DNA of 64,000 nt, taken from assembly GCF_009914755.1 (NCBI RefSeq), contig NC_060930.1. One strand, 5' to 3'. This document shows, in pieces, positions 1 to 12,065 of the stretch. Origin of the DNA: the human T2T-CHM13v2.0 reference genome, Homo sapiens. The first letter of the stretch is position 1. Every line of letters starts with the position of its first letter. The notes under the pieces were generated by a model, which searched no databases, was not told where the DNA came from, and saw only the letters and a program-made list of their open reading frames with translations. The position numbers and the translations under genes were made by a program.

Positions 1-697
1 TTCTCCCAAGCGGGTCAGGTCACTATGCAACTGGTGAGTTCTTAGGCTGGGTGATGGTCTTCTTTGTGTTTCCAGGCGCCTCCTGAGGTTGGCCTATATT
101 GGACCTGTGGAAAACTTGCTGTGTACATGAACTTGGAACCCACTCTGCAATCTGCTCATCTCTCTCTGTCTTTCTCTAGAGACAGGTGGTTGCAGTATGT
201 TAACCCCAAGATGTATTTGGAGTGTGAAGAGGGAGACACACTTAGACTTCAGGCTTAAGCCACCCCTCTTCCTAATCCAGGTTTTATTAGCAGTTTACTA
301 TGAGGTGCTGAGTATTTGTCTGGATTGATGAAGCTCTTCTTTGTCTCCTATTCAGTGTATTGTGCACGTGTGTCCTCTGCTTTTCAAAACCTTGGGCAAA
401 GGGAGAGGTGACCAGCACCCCACACCCCTGATACACACAGTCACTATTCAATGTCACATAGTCACACATTGTTCAAAGCATTTGATGTGTATGTGTGTGT
501 GTGAAACATGTAACCCTGGGTGAACCCGAACTTCAAAGTGTTTTGGGGGAGTGCTGAATAAGAAACTTGAATGAGCTTGAAGCAGTCAAATCAGGACTGG
601 GCAGTTGTTGAGGCACTATTTCAAAATGAATAACGCAGACTTTGAGAAACAGATTGCTATGAGACTATGGTGTGATTATCTTGCTGGGGTTAGAGGG

Positions 698-1172
698 TAT
701 TATGGGTTGAATTGTGTCTCTTCAAAAAGATATGCTGAAGTCCTAAGCCCCAGTACCTCAGAATGTGACCTTATTAGGAAATTGAGTCTTTACAAAGGAG
801 GTCATCTTAAAGTGAGGTTATTAGGTGGGTCCTGATCCAATATGACTGGTGCTTCTAAGAAGGGGAAGTTTGGACACAGAGACAGGCATGCACAGAGGGA
901 AGATGGATTGAAGACACCCATGTGAACAATGGAGTTGGGATTGGAGTGATGTGTTCTACACCAAGAAATGCCAAAGACTTCTGACAAGCCTCTAGAATCT
1001 AGCACAGGGGCCGGGAATAGATTCTCCCCCCACAACCCTCAGAAGGAACCAACCCTGCCAACACCTTGACCTTGAACTTCTAGCATCCAGCATTGTGAGA
1101 TAATGCATTTCTATTTTTAAAGTCACCCAGTTTGTGGCACTTTATTATAGCAGCTGAAGCACACACATACAG
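698..1172 (+). mobile_element. MaLR solo LTR (MLT1B-like)
   Basis: Starts TATTATGGGTTGAATTGTGTCTC..GAAGTCCTAAGCCCCAGTACCTCAGAATGTGACCTTATT and ends TTTGTGGCACTTTATTATAGCAGC, matching the recalled MLT1 consensus. Confidence 0.8.
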
Positions 1173-1776
1173 ATGACACCATGGAGGGCTGGGGTGGGGC
1201 TTCCTTAAAAGGAGTGAAATTTTTAGGAGGTATTCGTCTTAGAGCAGAAAGTGGGTGGGCCTTAGGCTGAGCTAAAAGAAGGCCTTTCTGCCTTCTCTGT
1301 GGCCAGAGGTCCACTGGGCTGAGACTTCGAGGCTGGGGGAAGCCTGAAGTACCCCCACTGGTGATAGAGCCCCGTAAGCTTTTCTGACCATGGGAAGGCA
1401 GGCTGTGGCCAGGCAGGGCTTTGAACAGCTGTGGATGGGGGCAGCAGTTGTATGTTGTTTGCTGTGTTGTATTTCCTTTCTATTCTTCATGAACCTTCAG
1501 GAAAGTCTCACTACCAGTTTACAGCCCTGCATCAGCTGTGTTGAGAAGAATGAGGTTCCACTTTTGGGGTAAGTAGACAAGAGGTCAACAGAAGGAAACA
1601 GAAGAGACACAAGGACAGGGCTGTGCTGGGGCCACCCCAGGCATAGCCAGCCCCAGGTGGCATTTGAACGGAAAAGTCCAAGGGGCACATTCCTGGCCCA
1701 TTGGAGGTGGACAATTGGGAAGTGCTCAGGAATATCTGGAGAACTTGAGAGTAGTGAAGTGGGTAATTCACAGGAA

Positions 1777-1969
1777 TTTCCTTCCTTCCTTCCGTCCTTC
1801 CTTCCTTCCTTCTTTCTTTCTCTTTCTTCCGTCTTTCTTTTTTCTTTCTTTCTTTCCTTTCTTTCTCTTTCTTTATTCTTTCTTTCTCTTTCTTCTTTCT
1901 TTCTTTCTTTTCTTTTTCTTTCTTTCTCTCTCTCTCTCCCTTCCTTTCTTTCTCTCTCTTTCTTCTTTC

Positions 1970-2024
<55 letters not shown>

Positions 2025-2097
2025 CTCTTTCTTCCTTTTCCCCTTCCTTCCTTCCTTCCTTCCTTCCTTCCTTCCTTCCTTCCTTCCTTCCTCCCTT

Positions 2098-2100
<3 letters not shown>
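1777..2100. repeat. Polypyrimidine (TTCC)n/(TTTC)n tract, probably an expanded Alu tail
   Basis: ~320 bp almost pure C/T with 12 consecutive TTCC at 2044-2091; abuts the 3' end of a minus-strand Alu. Confidence 0.95.
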
Positions 2101-2398
<298 letters not shown>

Positions 2399-2415
2399 TA
2401 AAAAAATCTTTATTG

Positions 2416-2701
2416 TTTTGAGACAGGGTCTTACTCTGTCACCCAGGATTGAGTACAGTGGTGTGATCTTGACTCATTGCAATCTCTGCCTCCGGGGCTC
2501 AAGCGATCCTCCTGCCTCAGCTTCCTGAGTAGCTGGGACCACGGGCATGCACCACCACACCCTGCTAATTTTTCTATTTTTTGTAGAGATGGGGTTTCAC
2601 CATGCTTTCCAGGCTGGTCTCGAACTACTGGGCTCAAGCGATCCTTCTGCCTCATCTTCCCAAAGTGCTGGGGTTACAGACATGAGCAACTGTGCCTGGC
2701 C
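2416..2701 (-). mobile_element. AluJ-type SINE
   Basis: TTTTGAGACAGGGTCTTACTCTG...GGGCTCAAGCGATCC...TGCCTGGCC, with AluJ diagnostic bases. Confidence 0.9.
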
Positions 2702-3437
2702 ACAGTCTTACTACTTTTAAAGTGTATATGACTTGAGACTTTTCCTGCTCCATTAAATAAGGGGATGAGGTTTCTCAGATGATGTCACAGGACTCTTTGA
2801 GGCATAAAATTCTATTATTCTAATAAAGCAGAAATGCCATTGAGCAGCGAATAGTTGTCACAGAGTCATGTGCTTACTTCTGCAGGTGAGGGGAAGCCAC
2901 CTCTGGATCCTCAGGCTTAGCAGCTGGAGCCAATACAGTGTTGCTGTTCAGCAGCAGGAGTGACTGACAGCTGTAGGAAGTGAGAGCTGGTTGCATATGG
3001 AGAAGGCACAATTTTCTCATTTGAAAAACCAGTGGGGGCTGGTGGTGGTGGGTAGCTAACTGATTTCCGGGGTCTCTCTAGCACTACAGTTCCATGATTC
3101 TGAGAGTGCAGAAGGAGTAGTAAGTATCAGGCCAGCAATCTGGGACTATTTAGTTTTGCCCACACATCTCAAAAACCAAAAGGAGTATGAAGTATTAAAG
3201 CACAATTCATGGAATGAAAACGGCTGTTACTGAGCAGGACTGGTGCTGTCCAGGCATACAGAGGTGAACAAAATGAGCATGGTTTGTGACCTTGTGCTTC
3301 TTATGGTCTGGTAGGAGAGAAGTATTTGACACAGGTAAACAAACCAGTGAGTAATACAAACTGTAACAGGCGCTCATGCCTTCTCAAAGTATGAGAAAGA
3401 AGTACTAACGGGAGGAACCTACTTTAGATTGGGTGGT

Positions 3438-3872
3438 TGTATCAGTTTCATAAGGCTTGCCATAACAAAGCACCGCTAACTGGGTGGCTCAAACAACAAA
3501 GATTTATTCTCTCACTGTTCTGGAGGCTGGAAGTCTAAGATCAAGGTGTCAGTAGGGTCCTTTCCTTCTGAGGGCTGTGAGGAGCAATCTGTCCCAGGTC
3601 TCTTTCTGGCTTCTGGTAACTCTTGGCAGTCTTTGATGTTCCTTGGCCTGTAGCGGCATCACCCTCATCTTTGCCTTCATGTTCGCATGGTATTCCTCCT
3701 GTGTGTGTGTCTGTCTGTGTCTGTCTGTGTGTCCACATTTCCACTTTTTTGTCACGTTGGAATAGGTCCCACCTTAATGGCCTCATCTGCAAAGACCCTA
3801 TTTCCAAATAATATCACATTCACAGGTACCGGGGTTAGAACTTCGACATATCATTTTGATGGACACAATTTA
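3438..3872 (-). mobile_element. MaLR solo LTR (MLT1B/C-like), terminus clipped
   Basis: TGTATCAGTTT..CATAACAAAG..TTCTGGAGGCTGGAAGTCTAAGATCAAGGTG..GGACACAATT; the expected terminal ~CCCATAACA is missing. Confidence 0.8.
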
Positions 3873-3873
3873 C

Positions 3874-4021
3874 TCCAAATCTCAAATACTCAAACATCCA
3901 TCCACTGCCACAGAAGCTCACAAAAGGAATATGCAGAGGAGTCACCAAGGAAAACCACTCTGCTTATCATAATTAGGCAGATGAGCAAACCCTATCCCCC
4001 CAGAGGAACCAGGTAGATACA
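3874..4021 (-). repeat. 148-bp inverted copy of 5051-5198
   Basis: The reverse complement of 5051-5198 aligns without gaps, 8 mismatches by hand count. Confidence 0.95.
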
Positions 4022-4454
4022 GAGGTGAACTATGGGGATCATAGATGTTTTCTCCAAGGAGAGATGATATTTACATTGAAACCTGAAGGAAAAAGGGGAA
4101 AAATGGGCAGAGAGCCAAGAGAAGGTCATTCCAGGAAAAGATAAAACCTGTAACAAACAGGGAGTTGTGGTGGGAAGGAGCTTGCACATGTGAGAGTCTG
4201 AAAGAGCCCAGCCAGTGAAGAGGACAGCAAAGGGGACACAGGGACAAGACCAGGTGGCACAGAAGCAGGGCCTCTTGCACCTCACCTTAGGAGTTTCAAG
4301 TTTATTCTAGGAGTGATGGGAAGCCATGGAAGAGTTTCAAAGGAGGCCAGTGTCACACGAGGGTAGACACAGGTCTGCATCGATGAATAGCTCTGGGGAG
4401 CATGGACTGGGTGGGTCACAGGGCATCCGTGCAGGAAGCTGTAGAGGTGGCAGG

Positions 4455-4533
4455 CGCATATTCCTTTTGTGAGCTTTTGTGGTAGTGGATGGGTCTTTGA
4501 GCATTTGAGATTTGGAATAAATGTCTTTCTCTC
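4455..4533 (+). repeat. ~79-bp direct copy of 5137-5215
   Basis: CGCATATTC..TTGTGAGCTT..AGTGGATGGGT..ATTTGAGATTTGGAAT..ATGTCTTTCTCTC is present at both positions. Confidence 0.93.
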
Positions 4534-6689
4534 ATCTAAGGATGGTGGTAACTGTGAAAATGGAAAGAAGTTGATGGATTTCTGAGACATTAGGAGGCTG
4601 GACCCACAGGACTGATTGGGATTGATATCAATATTTCTAACACAAAATTTGGTCCAGGTGCACCAAATGGAAGTTTTGGGGCTTGCGCGTGGCTTCACTC
4701 AGTTGATGAGTTTCATTCACAAGAATTCGTGTTTATATAAGAGCCTGAGTCCGATGCCTTTCACTAGGTGTTGACAAAAGACAGCCCGCAGTTCACCTTT
4801 GAGCTGAGACAGCTTTTGTTTATTCCGCATACTATTTAAATAACAGGGACTTGTCACATAAAGATGTGTACTCCTAGCTGCTCTTGTAAAGTCAGAAAAG
4901 CTGGCAGCAAGGGGACCTGCAATCTTGCTTGGCCCCAGTGAGCTGGAGGTGAGCAGCAGCTTCCCCCTTGAGACAATGTACTCTCCAGTACCTCACAAGT
5001 GGAACTCTCCCTCTTTCTCTACACACAAGCATTTCCCTTATTTATCTTATTGTATCTACCTGATTCCTCTGGGGGGATTGGGTTTGCTCATTTGCCTAAT
5101 TATGATAAGCAGAGTGGTTTTCCTTGGTGACTCCTCCGCATATTCTTTTTGTGAGCTTGTGTGGCAGTGGATGGGTGTTTGAGGATTTGAGATTTGGAAT
5201 GGATGTCTTTCTCTCCAGAGACTTTATAAACTTGAATGAGAAGGGGTATGATAAATCCCAAAGGTGGACTGTGTGATTTCCATGAAAGGGTTCAAGTTTT
5301 GAATGCAATTGGTCTCTTATTTCCCTTTAGTCCTCCCCAGAACTACCTGTAGTAAGTGTTGGCAGCCTTTCCGATAACCGAGGAAAGTATTATGTACATA
5401 TTATATTCTGTTTAAGAAAGGAGAAAAATGTATATTTTGGGGGGATCCTCACAAACATGATGAAATTCTAAAACATAAAGCTTGTATTCAACTCTAGTGT
5501 TTAGGGAATTTTAATCTTTGTAGGAAACTAGGCATTTCCTAGTATTGTTGAAAAAAATGAGAAATACTAGGAAAGCAAGTATTTCCTTGTATTGTTGGAA
5601 AGGTGGAGCATTTCAGTAATTGTAAGTGCATAAGTAAATTGATTTGGATATATTCCCCATAAACTGATCTCTAAATTATGAAACCACAAGGAACTGTAAA
5701 TTGCAGAAAACTTTAGCTATGGGAACAAATGTCTTGTCTTAGCAAAGGCTACTCAAAGTCTAATGTTTATTTCTTTAGATAAGTAACTTAGCTAAAGTGA
5801 AATTCTTACATAGTCTTTTAGAAGCATACTGGCTGGCATGTATAAATGAGGCTTTATTCACAGGCAAGCAGCTAAAAGGAAATTCTTGTTTCTGTTCGTG
5901 GAGAAGTAACTACCATTGCTAGGATGATCACAGGAAGGAAATGGCTATTTCCACTTACATACCCTCTAAACAACAATTAAATATTAATTAGCAGAAAAGT
6001 AAAAGGACAGATGACTGCTTTGACTCCCAGATCTTTATTGAGCTTTAACTCCCTGCACCCTTTGGCCTAATTGTTTGGCGTTAAACCACAAAACATGATA
6101 AAATGTACCAAAAGCCTGTGGCCGATAGTTACTAGTTATAATCTGCCTTGAACTGAGCCTAACCTTAAGGTGCCATTTGTAATCCTCTTCAGTGGTGGTA
6201 ACAATGACATTTTGATGGAAAAGTAGTAGTTTCATTAATGTGTATATTTCATTTTCCTTTAAAGCGAACTCCTCAATAATATTGGTGTTGGGAAGTAGGA
6301 TCTGTCTTATTGAGTGCCTTAGGAAACTCAAGGAATAAAATGGAGAGAAGGTGAGGGTGATATGATTTGACCAGTAGTTTACTCAAATTTCTGCCATTCT
6401 ATGAAATACAGTGAATTGTTGCCAATGCCCTTTCAGCCTGACCACACGGAAACATCTTTTCTTTCTTCCTTCCTTCCTTCTTTTAATATAATGCCAAAGT
6501 TATGTCATATTAAATAAATATATGCAGAGGTAAATAAACAAATATCAGCTATCAGGAAAACTGGTTGCATCCCAGAAATACGTCTTAAGCAATAGGTCGT
6601 AAACAATGTTATAACAAAGCTGACCAATCAACAGAGGTTCCATCTCAGATTCGGCAGAACCAGAGAACATACTTGGCCTCAGTGGCAAG

Positions 6690-7118
6690 TTTCATGCGCG
6701 TCCATGTGAAGAGACCACCAAACAGACTTTGTGTGAGCAATAAAGCTTTTAATCACCTGGGTGCAGGTGGGCTGAGTCCGAAAAGAGTCAGCGAAGGGAG
6801 ATGGGGTGGGGCCGTTTTATAGGATTTGGGAAGGTAATGGAAAATTACAGTCAAAGGGGGTTGTTCTCTGGTGGGCAGGGGTGGGGGTCACAAGGTGCTC
6901 AGTGGGGGAGCTTCTGAGCCAGGAGAAGGAAATTCACAGGGTTAATCACTCAGTTAAGGTGGGGCAGGAACAAATCACAATGGTGGAATGTCATCAGTTA
7001 AGGTGGGGCAGGTCCTTTTCACTTCTTTTGTGATTCTTCAGTTACTTCAGGCCATCTGGGCGTATACGTGCAAGTCACAGGGGATGCGATGGCTTGGCTT
7101 GGGCTCAGAGGCCTGACA
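6690..7118 (-). mobile_element. HERV-H 3' LTR (LTR7Y-like)
   Basis: Minus strand TGTCAGGCCTCTGAGCCCAAG...GCGCATGAAA, preceded by the PPT AAGAAGGCAGGAA; the CCATTGTGATTTGTTCCTGCCCCACCTTAACTGAGTGATTAACCC block is recalled as LTR7Y-type. Confidence 0.9.
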
Positions 7119-9120
7119 TTCCTGCCTTCTTATATTAATAAGAAAAATAAAACAAAATAGTGTTGAAGTGTTGGGGCGGCGAAAATTTTTGGGGGGTGGT
7201 ATGGAGAGAGAATGGGCGATGTTTCTCAGGGCTGCTTCAAGCGGGATTAGGGGCGGCGTGGGAACCTAGAGTGGGAGAGATTAAGCTGAAGGGAGGTCTT
7301 GTGGTAAGGGGTGATATTGTGGGGATGTAAGAAGAAACATTTGTCATATAGAATGATTGGTGATGGCCTGGATACGGTTTTGGATGAATTGAGAAACTAA
7401 ATGGAATAAGAGAAGGAGAAAAACAGGTATAAAAGGTCTAAGAATTGGGAGGACCTAGGACATCTGATTAGAGAGTGCCTAAGGAGATTCAGCATAGTCC
7501 TGCCAGCAAAGATTATTTATTTACTTCAAGAGTTTAGAGTGGCAGTTTGGGGATAGCACCAGGAGATATCAGCTGTGATGGCTTGGAGAAACAGTGTAAA
7601 CCGGCAGTGTAAACAAGAGCAGGGCATGTATGAGTAGTTGAGAACGGTGAATAGGAGTATGACTAGACAAAAGATAGTAGGGACGACAAGTTTTTTGGGG
7701 GCACAGTCTAAGTTGGTCTGGTGTCGAATGAGACTGGGGCCTAATAAAAAAGAGTGTCTACACAGGAGTTTAAATGGGCTGTACCTTGCAACATTCTGAG
7801 GACAGGCCTGAATTCTGAGAAGCAAAGGGGTAATTGTCCAGTCCTTTTTAAGTTGGTGGCTGAGCTTGGTGAGGTGTGTTTTTAAAAGACCTTTAGTCCG
7901 TTCTACTTTTCTTGAAGACGGAGGACCGTAAGGGATATAAAAGTTTCACTGAATACTAAGAGCCTGAAAAACTGCTTGGCTGATTTGACTAATAAATGCT
8001 GGTCTGTTATCAGACTGTATAGAGGTGGGAAGGCTAAACTGAGGAATTATGTCTGACAGAGGGGAAGAAATGACTGTGGTGGCCTTCTCAGACCCTGTAG
8101 GAAGGGCCTTTACTTATTCAGTGAAAGTGTCTATTTAGACTAAGAGGTATTTTAGTTTCCTGACTCGGGACATGTTGAGTAAAGCTAATTTGCCAGTCCT
8201 GGGTGGGGGCAAATCCTCGAGCTTGATGTGTAGGGAAGGGAGGGGGCCTGAATAATCCCTGAGGAGTAGTAGAATAGCAGATGGAACACTGAGAAGTTAT
8301 TTCCTTGAGGATAGATTTCCACGATGGAAAGGAAATGAGAGGTTCTGAGAGGCGGGCTAGTGGCTTGTACTATAGCATAGCCTGCCTTTGCTGGTGTGTG
8401 GCAATTAGGCCTGGTGGAACTGCCATCAATAAATCAAGCGTGATCAGGGTGAGGAACAGGAAAGAAGGAAATATGGGGAAATGGGGTGAATATCAGGTGG
8501 ATCAGAGAGATACAGTCATGGGGGTCAGGTGTGGTATCAGGAATAATGTGGGAGGCCAGATTGAAGTCCAGACCAGGAACAATGGTAATTGTGGGACTTA
8601 AAGAGTGAGGACAGCTGAAGGAGCCGGGGAGCAGAATGTATATGCGTCAGGTATGAGGAAGAAAATAGATTTTGGAAGTTATGAGAACTGTAGAGAGTGA
8701 GTTGAGCATAGTTTGTGATTTTGAGGGCCTCTAACAGTATTAAAGCAGCGACAGCCGCTGCACGCAGACATGAGGGCTAGGCTAAAACAGTAAGGTCAAG
8801 TTGTTTGGACAGAAAGGCTACACGGTGTGGTCCTGGCTCTTGTGTAAGAATTCTGACTGCGCTAACCATGCCTAGGAAGGAAAGGAGTTGTTTTCTAGAA
8901 GGTGCCGGGGTTTGAGAGATCAGTCGGACACGATTGGCAGGGAGAGCACGTGTGTTTTTATGAGAATTATGCTGAGATAAGTAACAGATGAGGAAGAAAT
9001 TTGGGCTTGATTGAAGTAATGGGGGCTGTCTGTGAAGCTTTGCGGCAGTACAGTCTAGGTAATTTGCTGAGCATGATGGGTGTCAGGGTCAGTCCAAGTG
9101 AAAGCGAAGAGAGGCTGGGA

Positions 9121-9486
9121 TTAAGGGTGCAAAGGAATAGTAAAGAAAGCACGTTTGAGATCCAGAACAGAATAATGGATTGTGGAGGGAGGTATTGAGG
9201 ATAGGAGAGCATATGGGTTTGGCACCATGGGGTAGATAGGCAAAACAATTTGGTTGATAAGGCATAGATCCTGAACTAACTTGTAAGGCTTGTCTGGTTT
9301 TAGGACAGGTAAAATGGGGGAATTGTAAGGAGAGTTTATAGGCTTTAAAAGGCCATGCTGCGGCAGGCAAGTGATAACAGGCTTTAATCCTTTCAAAGCA
9401 TGCTGTGGGATGGGATATTGGCATTGAGCGGGGTAAGGGTGATTAGGTTTTAATGAGATGGTAAGGGGTGTATGATTGGTCGCCAA
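9121..9486 (-). pseudogene. pol: HERV-H pol (reverse transcriptase N-terminal) remnant
   Basis: SPYNSPILPVLKPDKPYKLVQDL and LDLKRAFFTIPL RT motifs; terminates at a stop. Confidence 0.9.
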
Positions 9487-9504
9487 GGAGGGAGTAGAGG
9501 TATC

Positions 9505-9864
9505 TTATACTTGTGGGTTAAGGTGGGGGGATACAAGAGGAGGACGCAAAGGAGGCTTTGGATTGGGAAGAAGGGCGGCAATGAGATGCAGCTGTAATCC
9601 AGGAATAGTCAGGGAAGCAGATAATTTGGTTAAAATATCTCGGCCTAATAAGGGAACTGGGCAGGTGGAGATAACTAAAAAAGAGTGCATAAAAGAGTGT
9701 TGTCTAAGTTGGCACCAGAGTTGGGGAGTTTTAAGAGGTTTAGAAGCCTGGCTGTCAATACCCATAACAGTTATGGAGGCAAGGGAAACAGGCTCTTGAA
9801 AAGAAGGTAATGTGGAGTGGGTAGCCTCCATATTGATTAAGAAGAGGACGGACTTACTTTCCAC
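9505..9864 (-). pseudogene. pro: HERV-H protease remnant, catalytic Asp lost
   Basis: FLINMEATHS in place of D[TS]G; downstream CPVPLLGRDIL motif. Confidence 0.85.
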
Positions 9865-9944
9865 TGTGAGAGTTACCTAAAGCTCGGTGTCCGTGATAGT
9901 CTACGGGGCTTCCAAGGCAATCAGGCAGCGTCAGTCTTCAGCTG

Positions 9945-10271
9945 CTAAGCCAAGAAGGAGTCAGTCAGAGAGCCTTGGGCCAGAGTTCCAGGGGTTCTGG
10001 GAGCGGCTGCCAGGTGAGTTGAACAGTCCGATTTCCAGTGGGGTCCCGCACAGATGGGACACAGCTTAGGAGGAATCCTGGGCTGTGGGCATTCCTTGGC
10101 CTGGTGGTCAGATTTCCGGCACTTGTAGTAAGCTCCTGGGGGAGGAGGTTCCCCAGGAACGCCTGGCCGCTGCAGTTCACGCGTTTGGAAGTTCTTGTGT
10201 GCTGGAGATGTGGCTGGGGTTTGTGTCACAGTGGAGGCAAGGAATTGCAACTTTTTTCTATTATTGTACAC
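9945..10271 (-). pseudogene. gag: HERV-H gag nucleocapsid remnant
   Basis: YYKCRKSDHQAKEC (first CCHC broken) and CPICAGPHWKSDC (second knuckle). Confidence 0.88.
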
Positions 10272-11240
10272 CTTGAAGGCGAGGTTAATTAAATCCTGTT
10301 GTGGGGTTTGAGGGCCGGAATTTAATTTTTGGAGTTTTATTTAATGTCGGGAGCAGATTGGGTAATACAATGTAGATTGAGAATAAGACGCCCTTTTGAA
10401 CTTTTAGGGTCTAGGGCTGTAAAGCGTCTCAGGGTTGCTGCCAAACAAGTCATGAACTGGGCTGGGTTTTTACATTTGATGAAAAAGAGCCTAAACGCTT
10501 CTGATTTGGGATAAAGAAAAAGGAGCGTTAACCCTGACTATGCCTTTAGCTCCAGCCACCTTTTTAAGAATAAATTGCTGGGCAGGTGTGGGAGGGCTAG
10601 TCACAGAACGAAACTGTAAGCCCGACCAGGTGTGAGGAGGGGAGGCGATAAAAAGATTATAGGGTGGAGGAGCGGAGGCTGAGGAAGAATTGGGACCTAG
10701 CTCAGCCTGGCAAGGAGCAGCCTGGGGAGGAAGGGAGAGGTCAGATGGGTCTGTAGAAAAGGAAGATTAGAAAGACTCAGCGACGCTTGGGGTTGGGACT
10801 GAGGGGACAGGCGGGAGGGAAAGAAGGAAGATTTGGGATGAGTTGCACTGGGCACAGAGACTAGGAAGGGACTGATGTGTAAAAGAATGCCTGGACATCA
10901 GGCACCTCAGACCATTTGCCCATTTTATGACAAGAATTATTTAGATCCTGTAGGATGGAAAAATTGAAAGTGCCATTTTCCGGCTATTTGGAACTACTGT
11001 CGAGTTTGTATTGGGGTCAAGTGGCATTGCAGAAGAAAATAAGACGCTAAGATTTTAGGTCAGGTGAGAGTTGAAGAGGTTTTAAGTTCTTAAGAATACA
11101 GGCTAAGGGAGAAGAAGGAGGAATGGAAGGTGGAAGCTTGCCCATAGTGAAGGAGGCAAGCCTAGAGAAAAGAGTAGAGACACAGAGAAGGAGTGAGAGT
11201 TTCTTGCCATCCAGAAAAGCAGAGAAAGGGTTGGAGCATG

Positions 11241-11640
11241 GAAATAAGGGATTGGGGCACAGAGATAAGAGGTTGGGGTGTGGAAATAAGGGATTGGGGC
11301 ACAGAGATAAGAGGTTGGGGTGTGGAAATAAGGGATTGGGGGTTCTTACCCCCTAGAAAAGCAGGACTTGCCACTAAGGGTGAAGGAGAAGGGGTTGAGG
11401 GGTACTTGCCCCTTCCCCAGAAAAGCGGGACTTGCCGCTAAGGGTGAAGGAGAAGGGGTTGAGGGGTACTTGCCCCTCCCCCAGAAAAGCGGGACTTGCC
11501 GCTAAGGGTGAAGGAGAAGGGGTTGAGGGGTACTTGCCCCTCCCCCAGAAAAGCAGAGAAGGGGTAGAGACAAGGAGAGAAGGGGTTGGGGTACTTGCCC
11601 CTTCCCCAGAAAAGTGGGACTTGCCACTAAGGGTGAAGGA
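11241..11640. repeat. Tandem 42-bp and 64-bp repeats in the HERV-H leader
   Basis: GAAATAAGGGATTGGGG recurs at 11241/11283/11325; AGAAAAGC recurs at 11355/11419/11483/11547. Confidence 0.9.
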
Positions 11641-11913
11641 CCAAGACAGGCATCCCCGCATGGTCTGACACCTTTGAAACGTGGTTGAATAATCAGGGAG
11701 GCATCCCTGCAAGGATTAAACACCAAGGGAAGGCTGCCTTCCCAGTCCGTGACCAGCGCCGGAGTTTTGGGTCCACAGATAAAACGTGTCTCCTTTGTCT
11801 CTACCAGAAAATGAAAGGAATTGAAATTAAGAGAAGGGAGAGATTGAAGAATGGAAAGAAGAAAGTTGTTGAGGGACAGTGAGAGAGGTTGGAGAAGAGA
11901 GTAAGAAGAGGCC

Positions 11914-11922
11914 ACTTACCTG
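11914..11922 (-). promoter_or_regulatory. HERV-H major 5' splice donor
   Basis: Minus strand CAG|GTAAGT, a full consensus donor, ~140 nt past the PBS. Confidence 0.8.
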
Positions 11923-12045
11923 ATTTAAAATTGGTGAGATGTTCCTTGGGCTGGTCGGTCTGAGGACCTGAGGTTGTAGGTGGATCTTTCTCACGGAGCA
12001 AAGAACAGGAGGACAGGGGATTGATCTCCCAAGGGAGGTCCCCCG

Positions 12046-12063
12046 ATCCGAGTCACAGCACCA
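12046..12063 (-). other. Primer binding site, tRNA-His
   Basis: Minus strand TGGTGCTGTGACTCGGAT just after the 5' LTR, one mismatch to TGGTGCCGTGACTCGGAT. Confidence 0.93.
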
Positions 12064-12065
12064 AA

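Larger units (their letters stand above)
3200..4620 (-). mobile_element. L2 LINE fragment interrupted by MLT1 and two templated inserts
   Basis: Colinear L2 antisense motifs (TTACTGAGCA..; GATATTTACATTGAAACCTGAAGGA; GATGGGAAGCCATGGAAGAGTTT; AGAAGTTGATGGATT). Confidence 0.65.

Noticed and set aside
11241-11640. Regularly spaced repeats resembling a CRISPR array
   Set aside because: Head-to-tail tandem units without unique spacers, inside a HERV-H in primate DNA; no cas genes.
12046-12063. tRNA gene
   Set aside because: Only the 18-nt PBS complementary to tRNA-His; no cloverleaf.
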